From: Callorhinchus milii
Taxonomy: Eukaryota
Direction: 5' to 3'
DNA: 64,000 nucleotides
Assembly (NCBI RefSeq): GCF_018977255.1
Contig: NW_024704758.1
Coordinates: 4,402,001 to 4,466,000, forward strand
This document shows positions 1 through 12,878 of the stretch, piece after piece. A model generated the notes under the pieces. That model searched no databases. It worked only from the letters and a program-made list of their open reading frames with translations, and was not told the DNA's origin. The position numbers and the translations under genes are program-made. The first letter of the stretch is position 1. Every line of letters begins with the position of its first letter.

Positions 1-59
1 TGTCCAGGCTTGCATGAGGAATGAGCATGTTTAAGTGCCTGCGATTACGGAACTGAATC

Positions 60-220
60 CCACTGCAAACCAGAGACTTCAGGAGAGAATTTTGGAGAGG
101 ACAAGTTTGCAGGGCTGAGGGGAGAGAGCGGAGAAGTGGGATTGAATTGGATAGCTCTTTTCAAAGAGCTGGCACAGAATGGCCTCCTTCTGTGCTGTAT
201 AATTCTATGATTCTATGAGA
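60..220 (+). mobile_element. CR1 LINE 3' end fragment
   Basis: ...gaatggcctccttctgtgctgtataattctatgattctatga, a typical CR1 tail with ATTCTATG octamer repeats. Confidence 0.75.
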
Positions 221-874
221 ATTGGAGATTAAAATATTTTGGTATATCTTGGTTATCACTGCCTCTCCGAAAAATGTGTCTACATTTATTCTACACTATC
301 TTCATTTGTCCCTGTTCAGTGGCCAATTCATTTCTGTGAAGCACTATGAGACATTACCCTACGTGAAGGATATAAATGCAAGTTGTCATTGTACAGTTGG
401 TTTATGAGTCATGAGTTTAAGGCCTGTCTTGACATACCTCTTTGACTGTGGTTTTTGTAATCCTTCCCCTCCCCCACCCTCTTCAGTTCTCACCTCCAGC
501 TCAGGAACCCGACCAGCAATGTCAAGCTCTTTGAGATGTCCTCCTGATATGAAAGGTGTCACATACATGTAAATTGCATTGCATTGGATACCTTGGTGTG
601 AAACCATACAAATTGTAATTGTTGATGGTGTGTAAACACCTCATTTAAATGACTGTCTTCTAATCTCCATTTAATATTAATGTGTTTGGAGGATGAGTCA
701 CTTTCTTCTAATGCTACGATATTTTACATAACTTAATTGCTGAAGTAATTATTTTAATTTAAAATTGGTGGAAAATTCAGTTAAGAATTTACTTGTGCTT
801 TTTTGTTATGGGTTTGCTGACAGAAGCAAGCCAGTCTTTGAACACACTTCTCAGCTTCTCACTTCATAGTTGGA

Positions 875-1120
875 ACTGTGTGTTTAACCCCCATGTAAGG
901 ACTTTGAGCTCATAGTCAAGGCTGGCACTCCAGTGCAGTGGTGGGGGGACTTGCTCTGCATTGTTGGAGATTCAATCCTTCAGATAAGACATTAACTGGG
1001 ATTCCGCCTGCTTGTTCAGGCGGATGTTAAAGATCCCATGATACTGTTTGAAAATAGAAGCGAGTTTCTACGGTGTCCTGACCAACAAGCCCTCAAATAA
1101 AATTGGTCATTCACTTCATG
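875..1120 (+). mobile_element. Old SacSINE1-like (Deu-type) SINE fragment
   Basis: aggctggcactccagtgcag...gatgttaaagatcccatg...gtgtcctgaccaa matches copies at ~4820, ~21630 and ~57165 and the recalled shark SacSINE1 consensus. Confidence 0.65.
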
Positions 1121-1229
1121 GCAGGGTGGGAAATGGGGATTAGAAGTGAGGTGACTGAATGTCAAAGTCAAAAAGGTAGTCTTTTAGATGGGTTTTGAAA
1201 GTAGAGAGGCAAGAAATTGTGCATTTGCA

Positions 1230-1510
1230 GACTGTCCTTTCACCTTGGTAACCTGGGTTTGAATCCACTCGTATTCAGGGGAAGAAAGTCCGTCATCAAT
1301 CAGTTATGAGGATTTTGCATGAAATGAGTTTGGACTATTTCAGCCAATACAGGCTCTGTTAGTTTAACACACAATTAAGGATTTTACTCAGGGAACCTGC
1401 AATGGTGTTGGAAATGGAAATATCATCCTGGTCCATTATGACTATTCTTCTAAGGTGATTATTTGTGCTCTTTGTAGAGGATGTTTTGTACGCTGTTCTT
1501 TGTGCTGCAG
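1230..1510 (+). mobile_element. Degenerate LF-SINE-like element
   Basis: cctttcaccttggtaacctgggtttgaatcca and atgaaatgagtttgg resemble the recalled LF-SINE head (CCTTTCACCTCTAGGTCACTGGGTTCGAATCCA; GTGAAATGAGTTGG). Confidence 0.5.
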
Positions 1511-1659
1511 CTGACCGGCAAGAGTTGGTTATTTAGGTTGGTGCTAGAAATGACCAAGTAATCCTTTCCCTAATGGTGACATCCATCTCCTTGATGATTA
1601 CAAAATTACATTTTTAAAATAGCTTGATATTATCCCAGTAGCCCAGAGGGAAAAAGGTA

Positions 1660-1870
1660 GCACCTGGTCTCGCACTTAGTGACAGAGACCAGATTCCAGC
1701 TTTGTGCTGATGATGATTTCAGATGAGGTAGAGGTAGGGTCAAGTACAATTATTTTTTGTGCTCCAAGGGTTGAGAGGGAAAAAAATCAACCATGGCCTC
1801 TGATTGTGGTCCATTGCACCGATTGACTTGACTTAGTTTCTGATATCCACCACACTTGTATAAGTATAGG
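1660..1870 (+). mobile_element. Degenerate AmnSINE2-like SINE
   Basis: cagagaccag...tgtgctga...tacaatt...gagggaaaaaaatcaaccatgg, similar to copies at ~14385, ~25250, ~38550 and ~43080. Confidence 0.45.
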
Positions 1871-3019
1871 GAGCTAGAATGCCTAGGAAACTGCGCAATA
1901 AAAGTTGGCACATTGCAGGCCGAATTGTTTTTTTAAAAAAAAGCATTTGTCAAATTCCATGATTCAATTTTTTCTAATTTCTGTATACAAGTACAGCTAT
2001 GTTCTGATTAATTTCCTCAGGGTCAGAAGGACCATTTCCTGTCCAAGACTTGAGATAAGGAGGCGGGCAAAATAATTTAGTAATCACTTAGAATTGTTGT
2101 TTTCTTTTAATAAAAATTAGAAATTTAAATGTGTTTCTCTGCAGAGTTAACACACTTGACTTTAGTTAGAAACAAATTGTTTTTGTTAATTATCAATAAT
2201 TGATTTTTTACTTTCAGGTAACTGTGTGGCTATGTTGCTCTGGAACCTTGCCTAGGCAGACGCTGTTCGATTTTTCTCAAGTGCCAGTCACAGTTGGAGG
2301 GCAGAACTCATTTGATGGAACCATATATATTGTTGTGTTGGCAGCAAGGAGTTGTTATTGTACTCTGAACCCTCATTTTAAACCAGTGAACTTAATGACA
2401 GTGCACTTAAGTGTGCTGGTCTGAATAAGAACATGTTGCTGACCAGCTGCATTAAACACCTTTTCAAATTCGTCAACAGACTGAACATTATTGGACAATT
2501 GACATTCATAAAACAAAAACTTTGGGCAGAGCGTCGAAGCAGGACACATTTTTGTAGGTCTTCCCTTCTTCCTAAAATTGTACAAGTGTTTAGAACCTAA
2601 ATTATCAAATTTCCGGTTATTTGTGTGAAGAACTTTGAGATGTACTCCTAATGTGAAAGGTGCTACATAAATGTAAATTGTTGTTCTTTTGATTACCTAA
2701 CCACTGCTTCTATTTATTGGCTACGTCTTGGTTTCTAGCTGGCTTATATGCTCTTCATCATTGGTGGTGAGCTATTTGCCACTTTGCCTTTCTCTCTCAA
2801 ACTCTTTTGAAATCCCTCCACTTTGCTCCTTCCCCCACAGCCTGAAGACATAACTTTTTGACTGCTGCTTCTACCACGTTCCCCCTCCCTCCCAGTTTCC
2901 TCCCTGCTTTGGCTCCTGCTCTGGCTCCTGTTCAGTCTTTGTAAAGTGCTTTGAGACTTTCTCCCAGTGTGAAAGTTGATGTATATGTGTACGTTGTCTC
3001 TGACAAAAATATTTAAAAA

Positions 3020-3170
3020 AAACTGACCCACCTGCCGGTGGAAACAGTTTCTCCTTATTTACTCTTTCAAAACCCCTCATAATTTTGAACACTTCTATCA
3101 AATCTCCCCTCAACCTTCTCTGCTCAAGGAGAATAATGCCAGCTTCTCTCGTCTCGCCACATAACTGAAG
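3020..3170 (-). mobile_element. CR1 LINE ORF2 C-terminal fragment
   Basis: Minus-strand ORF reads RGDLIEVFKIMRGFERVNKEKLFP, a hallmark of the CR1 ORF2 end. Confidence 0.85.
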
Positions 3171-4814
3171 TTGTATATTCTGGTTCAGTTAGTTTAAACA
3201 TGTTTCAATCCTGTGTGTGGCATCCAGGTGGGGAACAAATTAAAATAGCATGACCTACTTGCTAATCTTCAGTTACACCAGCCCATTCTCAGATCAGTTT
3301 CTCTTCACATTGCCCTGATAATGAGTTGCCTGCCCACAGAAAATCGTCCATTACGCATAATCTTTGTGAAATGAATCAATTACAAATACCCCCAAACTTT
3401 CCCCCAGCCCAGCTCTTTAAGAGATGCCAAGCAAGTCTATCAGCAGTAAAAGAAAGCAACGGCTCACTCCAGATATTCCACAATTGGTGACCTTTTGTGG
3501 GACACTGCTGTGCACAATTGTCTGCCCTGTTTCGTCCACAAAATGCACAATGCACTTTACAGTATATTCAGTATATTCTGTGAAATGGTTATTATTATTA
3601 ATGTCAAATGGACTGAAGGTCTTTCTTTATCCAAACCTCTTCTAGAATCAATATTTTTTGAGCAAGCACAGAAGAAGGTGCTAGAAAGTGCAAATTGTTC
3701 TTGGTGTGGACAAAACTTATGATCTTTGTTTCCTTGCACAACAGCATAGTTGGGCGAGAATCCCACTTAAACAGGTGGTGAACTTTGGGTGTGAGCTCAT
3801 TTCCGTTCCCTACATTTCCCCAGCTTTGCTGGTTTATTAATAATGAGGTTTCAAAATTTAGCACATCAGTGGTGTGAGATTTTTTGTCATGCTTTCCTTC
3901 CTGTTAATAATACATTCTTTGCACGGATCCTGCCACTGCCGAGCTTTCCAACTGTAGATTTTTTTTAAAATGTGCCCATCAAATGCTAATTTCATTTCAA
4001 CAAATGATTATACAGTCAATTCAGTTTACAGTATATTCTGTGAAGTGCTTTGAGACGTCTCAAAAATGCGATAAGGCACTATCTCAAATGCAAGGATAAA
4101 TATTAGTTTCAAGTGTTTGGACCCAATGCTGGGTTAATACACAATACCATTTTTTAAAGTGATATGGGGAAAAAATAATTTCCTTCAATCTTTTTGAATA
4201 ACAGTAAGTATTTTTTGTAATATAAACTCTATAGGCTAACCTCACAAGATAATAAATCCTATCCATTTTGGAAGGGTTAACTCACTGATGCTGTGTAAAT
4301 TCAATAGACTGCCTTTCAATCCACTGACTGTCCTTTGTCAAATGGTTTGAATTTTTTTTGGAAAGAGATACAGTACACACAACCATCGATTAAAATTAGT
4401 TAGTCCCATAATCTTCAAAGAATGGTTATGTGAAGCCAATTTTCTGTTGTGTATCGGGAAAGCCAATCTGTTTAGGTGTATAAATATTCTAAAAAGAATT
4501 GTTCAATAATGGGATTGATAGACCAAGTAGCTTCCTATCAGCATTAGTATTCCTTTAAATATTTCCTTTAAACAACAACCTCTTTATTGTGACAATGTCA
4601 TGTTTGCTGGCTAATGCAGATTATCATATTTAGGACAGTGTACTGTAATGCCATGTTTCTTTTTGCTTCCCTTGTAGAATTTTTTTAATGATTTTGTAGT
4701 AATGAAAGAAGCAAATAGAACCACAATAAACAATTCACTGGATCGGAACACTGATATAGCTGTGTTGTTTGGACCCAAGCCCCAGAGTGGCACCAACTAA
4801 GCACCAAGTAACAA

Positions 4815-5775
4815 ATTCCTCTGAATCAGAAGGTGGTCGGTTCAAGATCAATGTCAGGACTTTGAGCTCATAGTCTCGGCGAGGCTGATACTCCAGTGCA
4901 CTGAATGGACAGAGGTGCAGTCCTTTGGATGAGATATTAATCCAAAATCTGGTCTGCCTGTTTAAGTCGATAGTAAAGATCGAATGAAACTATTTGGGGG
5001 TGGGTGGGGTGGAGAGGGGGAGAGGTAAGCAAAGTCTGCATTGTCTCCAAGGTGACATTTTTGGCAACAGAATGTCGGCCTTGGTGGTGGTCTCGGTAAG
5101 TCCTGAGCCAGGGCACTGCTGGTGACAGCACAGCCGGCCTGGCTCATCGGCAGGACATGGAAGGGCAGACCAGTCACTGGGGGCAGGGAGTCATCCCACT
5201 CAGCTCCTGTTAACCCTGCTAGCGAAAGCCCTAACGAGTATGGTGGTGCTAGCTGGACGAGCAGTGGGAAAGCTTGCCGGACAGCGATATCAATGGCAAG
5301 CTATGCGGTTTTAGCTGGTTAGACTCCAGCAGTACAGCAACACACACTCCGGGGTCCCCAAGTCTTGGCACGTGCCAACCTGCTCCTAATATTTTCTGGT
5401 ATTAGATTGGCAGGATATGTCCCTCCAGGGAGAGAGAGCGCATTCCATTCCAACGATCTATCTCTGGGATTTCCGTGTGTCGGTGGGAATCATGGAATTC
5501 TCAGTTTGGTTTGGATACTCTTAAGCATGGGGATGGGTTTCCGCACGTGTCAGACCCCGGGTGACCCCCAAAAATTAAACTATTTGAAAAGGGAGTTTCT
5601 CCCAGTGTCCTGGCCAACCGTCTCCACGGATAAAATTAGTTATTGATTTTGTGGCTGGTTTTCTGCTGTGTTTGCCTACAAATACAGTTGCTACTCTGCA
5701 CTGAATCCTGTGAAGTGCTTTGAGATGTCTTGGCGATGTGATTAGCACTAAATCAAATACAGGATAATTATTACC
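4815..5775 (+). mobile_element. SacSINE1-like SINE split by a 580-bp insertion
   Basis: SINE body stops at gtaaagatcgaatgaaactatttg (4996) and resumes at aaaagggagtttctcccagtgtcctggccaac (5587). Confidence 0.7.
4997..5576 (+). mobile_element. Unclassified interspersed repeat, copy 1, with 10-bp TSD AAACTATTTG
   Basis: AAACTATTTG occurs at 4987-4996 and 5577-5586. The body aligns to the reverse complement of 51759-52314 and partly to 41285-41610. Confidence 0.85.
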
Positions 5776-6764
5776 AAATGCAAGTATTCTTACGTATTGT
5801 ATGAATTTTTTTGAGTTAGTTCTTTCATTGTGTCATTTTCCTGCATTGATTTAATAATCGATACATTTGATATTGTACCTTTCATAGACTGTATCAGGAG
5901 GGTGTCTCAAAGCGTTTCACAGGATATACTACAAAGGGCATAAATGGGGGAATGGCTTCGGAGGAGATGGTATAGATGACCTTGAAGAGTTTACAGCACA
6001 GTCTGTTTCGATCGGGTCTCTATACTAAACAAACCTACAGGGACTGGCACAATCAGCAACATCAATTAATCTTTGATTGGCAACTCCACTTTTTAATGGA
6101 TCAGTCCTATTTGTAGTATTGGATCCTTATCAGCCTCCTCATTGAATTAAGGATTGTGTGCAGTGTTTAAAAAAAANCTGGAATGCTCCATGTTTAAAGT
6201 ACTGCGCGTTCAGAAATGTAAATATATCGTCTATATTCTTTTCAATTTTTTAAATAATTTCATCAATAATTTGCATTTATACAGTGCCCTTTACGTAGGG
6301 TAATGTCACTAAGCCCATAATAGAGCTTTGCCATGCCATGTCTAGAAGTTGGTGCTTAGCATGTTTTCAAGGTAATATTATTTTCCAGCTGAGTAGCATG
6401 AGTGGTGGCTATTACTCTGGAGAATCTGCTGCCCTGAGGGATCCAATCCTTAATAACATGTAGCAAACAATTAACCAATCGCTGACTGAATTCCCTCGAA
6501 TAATATCTGTAATCTTCCACGCCCAGATCAGCGCTTTGAGACGTATAGAAGACGTGAACAGCGCTATATCAAATGCAAAATAATTATTATTATCAGATGC
6601 AATCCTTTTAGGTTTACTGTGCTAATTTACTGCAGTACCTAACCCCAAGTGTTCCTTGTGCTCAAGTGATCATGTGAATGATAATCTCATGGCAGAGTGA
6701 CACAAAGTCTTGTAGTTGCACTCAGTCATTAGACTGATCTTGGTACCAGTACCTTGGTGCTGAA

Positions 6765-7950
6765 TTTTAAACCACCGACCCATCTCCAACCTTCCGTTGC
6801 TTTCCAGGGTCCTGCAGCGAGCCATTGCTTCCCAGCTTCACTCTTTTGTCTCTTGCCACTCCCCGTTTGAACCTCGGTCCATAAACAGAATATCATTTGT
6901 AACTTTGCCTATTTGTGACCAAGGCTCTTGCTGTTTCCTCGTACTTCTTGATCTCTCCGCTGCCTTTGACACTGTTGACCACTCTATTCTTCTCCCCCCC
7001 CCCCCCCCCTCTCCTCTGAGCTCCACTTTCATAGCTAAACTTGCCTAGTTTTCTTCTTACTGTTCCCATTTGTTTCCACCAATGGCTTCTCCTCTAGCCC
7101 TCACACCACCGCATGTGGTGTTTTTAAGTGCTCTGTCCTTGGTTCTCTCATTTTTAATATTTCCATGCTCCTGATTGGGATTATCATGGGGTTAACTTCC
7201 ACATGTATGCTGATAATACTCAACACTATCTCTCTGCTTCCACCATCGACTCCAGGACCACTGCTGTCCTAATGGAATGTCTGTCAAACATCAAGTCCTG
7301 GATGAGAGCCAATTTCCTGCAAGTGAATGTCAACAAGACTGAGACTCTTCTGCTTGGCTCCCATCAGCACCTCCTCTCCTCAGGCACTGACAACATCGCA
7401 TGGATGCACTCTCCACTTCACAGAGCCAGTACAGAACCTCGGTGTCTTGTTCGACCTTCAGCTGTTTTGAACCTCACATCTGTACCATTACCCATTCAAC
7501 CTTTTCCTACCTCTGCATCATTACCCACCTCTATCGTTACCTCGCCCCTCTGGTTGCTGAAACCCACATCCATGCTTTCATTGCATCCAGGCTTGACTCC
7601 CTGCTCTAACTCCCTGCTCGCTGGACTTCCCAACTCTTCCCTCTACAAGATCCAGTTTATTTAGAGCTCCGCAGCTCGCGTCCTCTCCCGCACTAAATTT
7701 CATGAGCCGATCACTCTCCCTCCCCCCCCATCCATCCATGCCCTGCTTCACTGGCTCCCCGTTCCCCAGAAGATCGAGTTCAAGATCCTCGTCCTCGCCT
7801 TTAAAGCCCTCCATGGTCTTTCTCTACCCTACCTCTGCGACCTATTAAAAACTTCAGCAACCTGTCTGCTCCCTTTGCTCTGCAGGCACTGGCCTGTTCC
7901 ATTATCAGCGGTCGGCATTTCAGCTTTCTGCCCCCACCCTCTGGAACTCC
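6765..7950 (+). mobile_element. L2-type LINE ORF2 (reverse transcriptase) remnant
   Basis: LLDLSAAFDTVDHSILL and YADNTQ (decayed YADDTQ) motifs, plus C-terminal ctggctcccc...gagttcaagatcctc; frameshifted. Confidence 0.9.
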
Positions 7951-8153
7951 CATTTGTGTAATTTGCCGAGTTATCCTTGACCGACCAATAACATTTAGCT
8001 TAGTGTCTCAGTGCAGGAGCACTGCTACAGGTACAGCCTATTTCTGTCTCACTAAGGGCGCAGTTAAAAAAAATGACTATAATTGAAGACTTGAGCACTG
8101 TGGGACGCTACACGTGTGAGGGGCGCTATGTAAATGCAAGTTGTTGTTGTTGT

Positions 8154-8468
8154 GGAGTCCTGTAGCTCAGTGGTTAGAGCACTCGCTTTGCAAGCGAGAG
8201 ACCTGAGTTCAATTCCAGGCAAAACCTTGGGCAAGTTTCCTTACTCCACACGTCTAATAATAATCCCTCCAAAACCAAAAACAATAATAAATTGGTCATT
8301 TTCAATCTACGACTGTTTGTGGGACATTGCTGTGCGCAATTGCTGCCGCGTTCGCCCACAAATATACAGTCAATTCACTTTACAGTTGTTCTGTCAAGCA
8401 CTTTGGGACGTCCTCCCGACGTGAAAAGCGCTATATCAAATGCAAGGATTATTATTATTATTATTATT
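8154..8468 (+). mobile_element. Young full-length tRNA-derived Deu-domain SINE with L2-type tail
   Basis: A box TAGCTCAGTGG, B box GAGTTCAATTCC, Deu core tgtttgtgggacattgctgtgcgcaat, stem-loop tail and (ATT)n. Inserted directly after an L2 (TTG)n tail. Confidence 0.92.
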
Positions 8469-9899
8469 GACAGTGGAGTTGTCACCATTTGTTATGAATG
8501 GCAAAAGGAAAGGGGATGTAGCCGGGGAACAAGGGGCAGCTTGATACAACAACAACTTGAATTTATATAGCGTCCTTCACGCGGGGTAGCATCCCGAAGT
8601 GCTTCACAGTTGGGGAGTCTGACAACAAGCCAAGAGGAGAGGGAGGGGGAGGTGACTGTGATCACGATCAAAAAGGAAGGTCTTTAGGAGGGATTAACTG
8701 ATATAAATCGGTTTGTGTACATAAGAAACTACAAGTCCAAAGATGAGGCATTGTATCAGTCAGAGCAATGGAATGCTGTCTACTGGTCTTAATAAGACGA
8801 GATCCTTGAGCCTGATATTTCCAAATGGGCCGTTTGATTATTTGTTTTGGCAAACTCCTATTCAATTACCTCTCCATTCAAATGATTCAAAGATATTTTA
8901 TGTAAATTTGAATTCAGTCAATGCTATTTTGTATGTGATTAGTGTGATTTCTGCTTGGGGAAAATGTATAACTGCAGTCATCCTGTAGCAAGCGTACTGA
9001 CAGTTCTGCAGTACTTTCATTTTTAATGATACGGTTCATTTATATTAACACTTGAATTCAGGCTTTCTCTTCATATTAAATCCTATGCCTTTAAAGCTTC
9101 CTCAGCGAGCAAAGTTATATCACAGTTATATATACTGTATTTGGTAACAGTAACTAGGTCAGCATTTCATACTGTTTGCTTCCACAGTACTTGAATTGAT
9201 AAATTTCCTTTGAATAAGGAATCTTACTGTTAGTACCTATTTTTTATAAAAAGTCCTGCACAGAGAGTAGTAACTCAACACTCTCTTGTGCCATTGGTTG
9301 GTAAAATGTTTGCTTTGGAACATTGAAGGTTGATGTTGAGGGAATTGGTTTTGAAGATGGTTCAGTCATTATTAGCTCAGGATTGTTTCATAGATAGTGT
9401 CTCTTGAATTGTGAGTTTGATAGTTAAGCTGCGTCTATTGAAAGGCTCAGTCTCTCCAATATAATTGCTCTCCAGGAGTCTGTCATTGCTGCTCAATAAC
9501 TGACTGAGGCACTATGTGAAGGGATATACTGGTTTGGAAGTACTTCCCTTCAGTAGGGTGGCTTAGGTTAGGTGTGTGTGTGAGGGTGGTGATGTGGGGG
9601 TAGAGTTTTAGTCAAAAGTATATATCCTAGTGCTGATAGAAAGTGGCCAGCAAATGGCTCAATGGTTTGTTTTGTCCATACTATTAATGGTGAAATTCTA
9701 CGGGATAAATAACCCAAGAAAAGTACAAGTATCTACTGATCAGAATGATTAAAGATTACAGCATCAAGTAATTGGTGGAGTGCACATTAATGCTGAGCAG
9801 TATTAGGGATGTTGCAGAATATATACAGATCATTTTTAAACGTTGGTATTCTACACTCAAGCTCTGCTGACGAGTATGTAATTTATGTAGAACTTTGTG

Positions 9900-10470
9900 C
9901 AATTTAACATAGCTAAGACGGAATACATCCTTCTCGGCTCTTGCCAATGTTTCTTGACCTGCAGCTCTGATCTCCTCAACCTTCCCAGCTTGTCTCTCAA
10001 ACTCATCGAACCAGTGCACATCCTCAGTGTCCGGTTCAATCTGTCCTTCATGCCTCACATTTAGTCCCTGACCAAGACTTGTTTCCTTCACCTCCACCAC
10101 TGCTCACTTCACTGGTAACTCACACCTCATCCATGCTTTTATCACCTCCCGCTTTGACTTCTCAAATGCACTCTCCGCTGATCTCTCCAGTTCCACCATC
10201 CAGCTCATTCAAAATTCGGCACAAGTATCCTTACCGACACCAAAATTAGCACAACACCCATCACACCAATCCTTGGCAGGAACCACTTTTTCTGTCTGAA
10301 TGGATTGATTTCAGGATCCTCAGACTCGCAGATAAACCTTTCATGCCTAAGCACCTCACTATCTCTCACGTCTGCTAATACCCCCATTCCTCTTCCTATC
10401 CTCTCCGCTCAGCTAACACAGGCCTGCTGCACGTCTTCCGTGTGGTCGAGCCTTCAGTCATTATGTCCTA
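9900..10470 (+). mobile_element. Old L2-type LINE ORF2 3' remnant
   Basis: ctcatccatgcttttatcacctcccgctttgacttctcaaatgcactc encodes LIHAFITSRFDFSNAL-like sequence. Confidence 0.75.
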
Positions 10471-10829
10471 ACATTTAGAGAAGTATAAATTGAGATTGGT
10501 CAGTGCAGTAGGATCTGTAGGATCTTAACTTAAGGTTGTGACTTTGATCCATGATTTGCGCTGCTACGATATAAACATCCGTAATTCTGGCTGGACCTAT
10601 ATTTCATTATTAATTGTTGTTGTTAAGTGACTTTTTTTTGTTTTGCTAATGAAAAATATTAAAACTAACCCTGGATATTTGAGATGCTTGCAATTCTGTG
10701 CCCATGGTTGAATCAGGTCAGTCTAACCATGGGATGAAACACTGGTTTCTGCATCCCTGCACTTAAAAAAAACAAGTTGGTCGGCTCTTGATTACTGTTC
10801 TGCATTCCTCATTGGATATCTGAGGACAC

Positions 10830-11080
10830 AATGGTAGGCTCAATTGTCATTGCCCCTATTTGGAGAAACCAGTTACTGTCCAAGGGAGAGTCATTGAAAC
10901 AAGTCACAATAAATGGACAGTATGGACCTTCTGAGGTGAAGCCTGATGCACATTGTTTGAGTGGAGGAAGCTTTACATCTGATGACTGTATATGTTCTGG
11001 GAGTACTCGATGCTAACACTGGATGTTCCAAGTGGAAGTATTTTCCTTAATATTGAAATCTCTCGCCTCAGCACAACATT
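10830..11080 (+). mobile_element. LF-SINE-like 3' half, degenerate
   Basis: ctgatgcacattg...ggaagctttac...ctgggagtactcgatgctaacactgg resembles the recalled LF-SINE-like 3' region. Confidence 0.35.
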
Positions 11081-12845
11081 TTTCCGAACTATAAATTTAA
11101 ACAAAACCCATCAGCTAAGTGGAGTTCATCTGTAATTCACTGGCAGACCAGCCTGCGTAGGCTTGAAGGGCTAAAAGGCTCTTTGTGTAATACAATTTCT
11201 ATGATTTGAAATAATATTACTATGTGAGTGCCTGCACCTTTTTTCCCTAATTAGAACATTTAGTTCTCGAGTTCTCAGTGGTTGTAGCTTTGTGTTGAAG
11301 TGGCTGATTCATTCCATATGTAGTCACGCCAGACTTTACAAGTATTGGGGTTGTGGTCAAGGCTGCTTGGCTATGTTTAATGGTAAATTGTACAGATGTT
11401 TACTATCAGCTATAAATACAGTAGCACCCCACCATAAGGTTGTGGCTGAGGTCCATAAAATTCAAAACCTGTTTCCCAACAGGGCCTGATCAAGAGAAGT
11501 CAGCTTCCTATGCAAAATATGGCTGACTCTGACATCAGGTTCCCAATTCTTGTGCACTTTCCCTACCTTTTCAACATATCTTGTCAAGTATTTATCCAAT
11601 TCCCTTTTGAATGTTATGTTGTAATTTCAACAACCATTTGGGCAAAGCATTCTACATTCCAGCAGCCTAACAGAGACCTTACAGAGAACAGAGAGGAGAC
11701 TTTCATCTTAGGAGTCAAGACTAGTTTTGAACCCAGGTCCCAGAATTGAAAGGATGCTACATACATCACTTCATCCTTGCGCATATCTTTTTAATTTTTT
11801 TCTTTTCCCACGTTTCTGCCTTCCTCCTGCAGTCAGTTACTCTTGCTTTAGTGAGTTTGGCCGCACGGGTACTGGCCGGCTTCCAACACCTAGTCCAAGT
11901 GATCATTCTTCATAGGCAATCGTAAAGTAAGGAATGGATTTCTTCAGTGCAGCAAAGAATTGGTTCTTCCAGCCTGGCCAAAAGCTCAGTCCTCACAGCA
12001 AAAACAGCAAATTCAAATGAGGGTCAAAATTGTCCATTGAAATACTGACGGACTAACTTTGTCACATATAGTTAACAGAATCTGCACAATATCGAGTTGC
12101 ATGTTTCTCTTTCAAGCTTCGGGTTTTAATGTGGAAAGAGGTTTACGGTTAACAGTTTTACTTTGCAAGTACTTAATGTACTTTAGCAGCACTTTCATTC
12201 TCTGCTTCACCATCGGTGACTTTGCTTTCAGCTTCTATGCCCCGAACCTCTGGAGCTCCCTATTTTATTCCCACTGCCTTGCCCTCTACCCACATCGGAT
12301 CGTACTGGAAGACTCTTCTACTCTTCCCTTACTCGCTGTTTGATACCGTCCTTGTGAAGCTCTTATCCTATGTGAAAAATGCTGTACAAATGCAAGTTGT
12401 TGTTGACTGAGGATTGAACTTGTAACCTGTGTGGCTCATTGCTGTACCAGATAATGTACTTACCCATTGAGCCCAAGGGGATCAATCTAAAATGTAGGCA
12501 ATCTTCACTTATGCCGTAGGCTTACTTTTACTGCCTTTGTGTTACATAACTGCAGTGATTCTATGCGATTAATCAAGCGGAAAGCAGACTGAAGTCTTGT
12601 GTTTCTGCACAGACATAAGTGCTGTGAATTACATCACTCCTGAAGCATTTATATCTCAAAAGATTCCAGGGGTAGTTTTCAGGAGGTTTTTTTTTGGCCC
12701 CGGCCTTAGAGTGCAGCTGCAGTGGAAAACATCTGGAAATGCACCATAGTTCTTGACTTGCAGCTGGATGACTCAATAGATTGGTGATGTGTATACTCCC
12801 TGCAATCAAATAACTTTGTAGCACCCTTCTGTCACTCACTGAGCT

Positions 12846-12870
<25 letters not shown>
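12846..12870. repeat. (GT)n microsatellite
   Basis: About 12 perfect GT units. Confidence 0.95.

Positions 12871-12878
<8 letters not shown>

Noticed and set aside
5085-5115. ggtggtctcggtaagtcctgag resembles a recalled pestivirus 5'UTR motif; the G-rich start resembles telomerase RNA
   Set aside because: The motif is not kept in copies 2 and 3, there is no CTAACCCTAA template or H/ACA end, and matches this short are expected by chance.
8134-8570. Recurring similar ORFs (e.g. WSFSIYDCLWDIAVRN, DVKSAISNARIIII) that look like a gene family
   Set aside because: They are translations of the same non-coding SINE; the poly-I/Y/N tracts come from (ATT)n tails.
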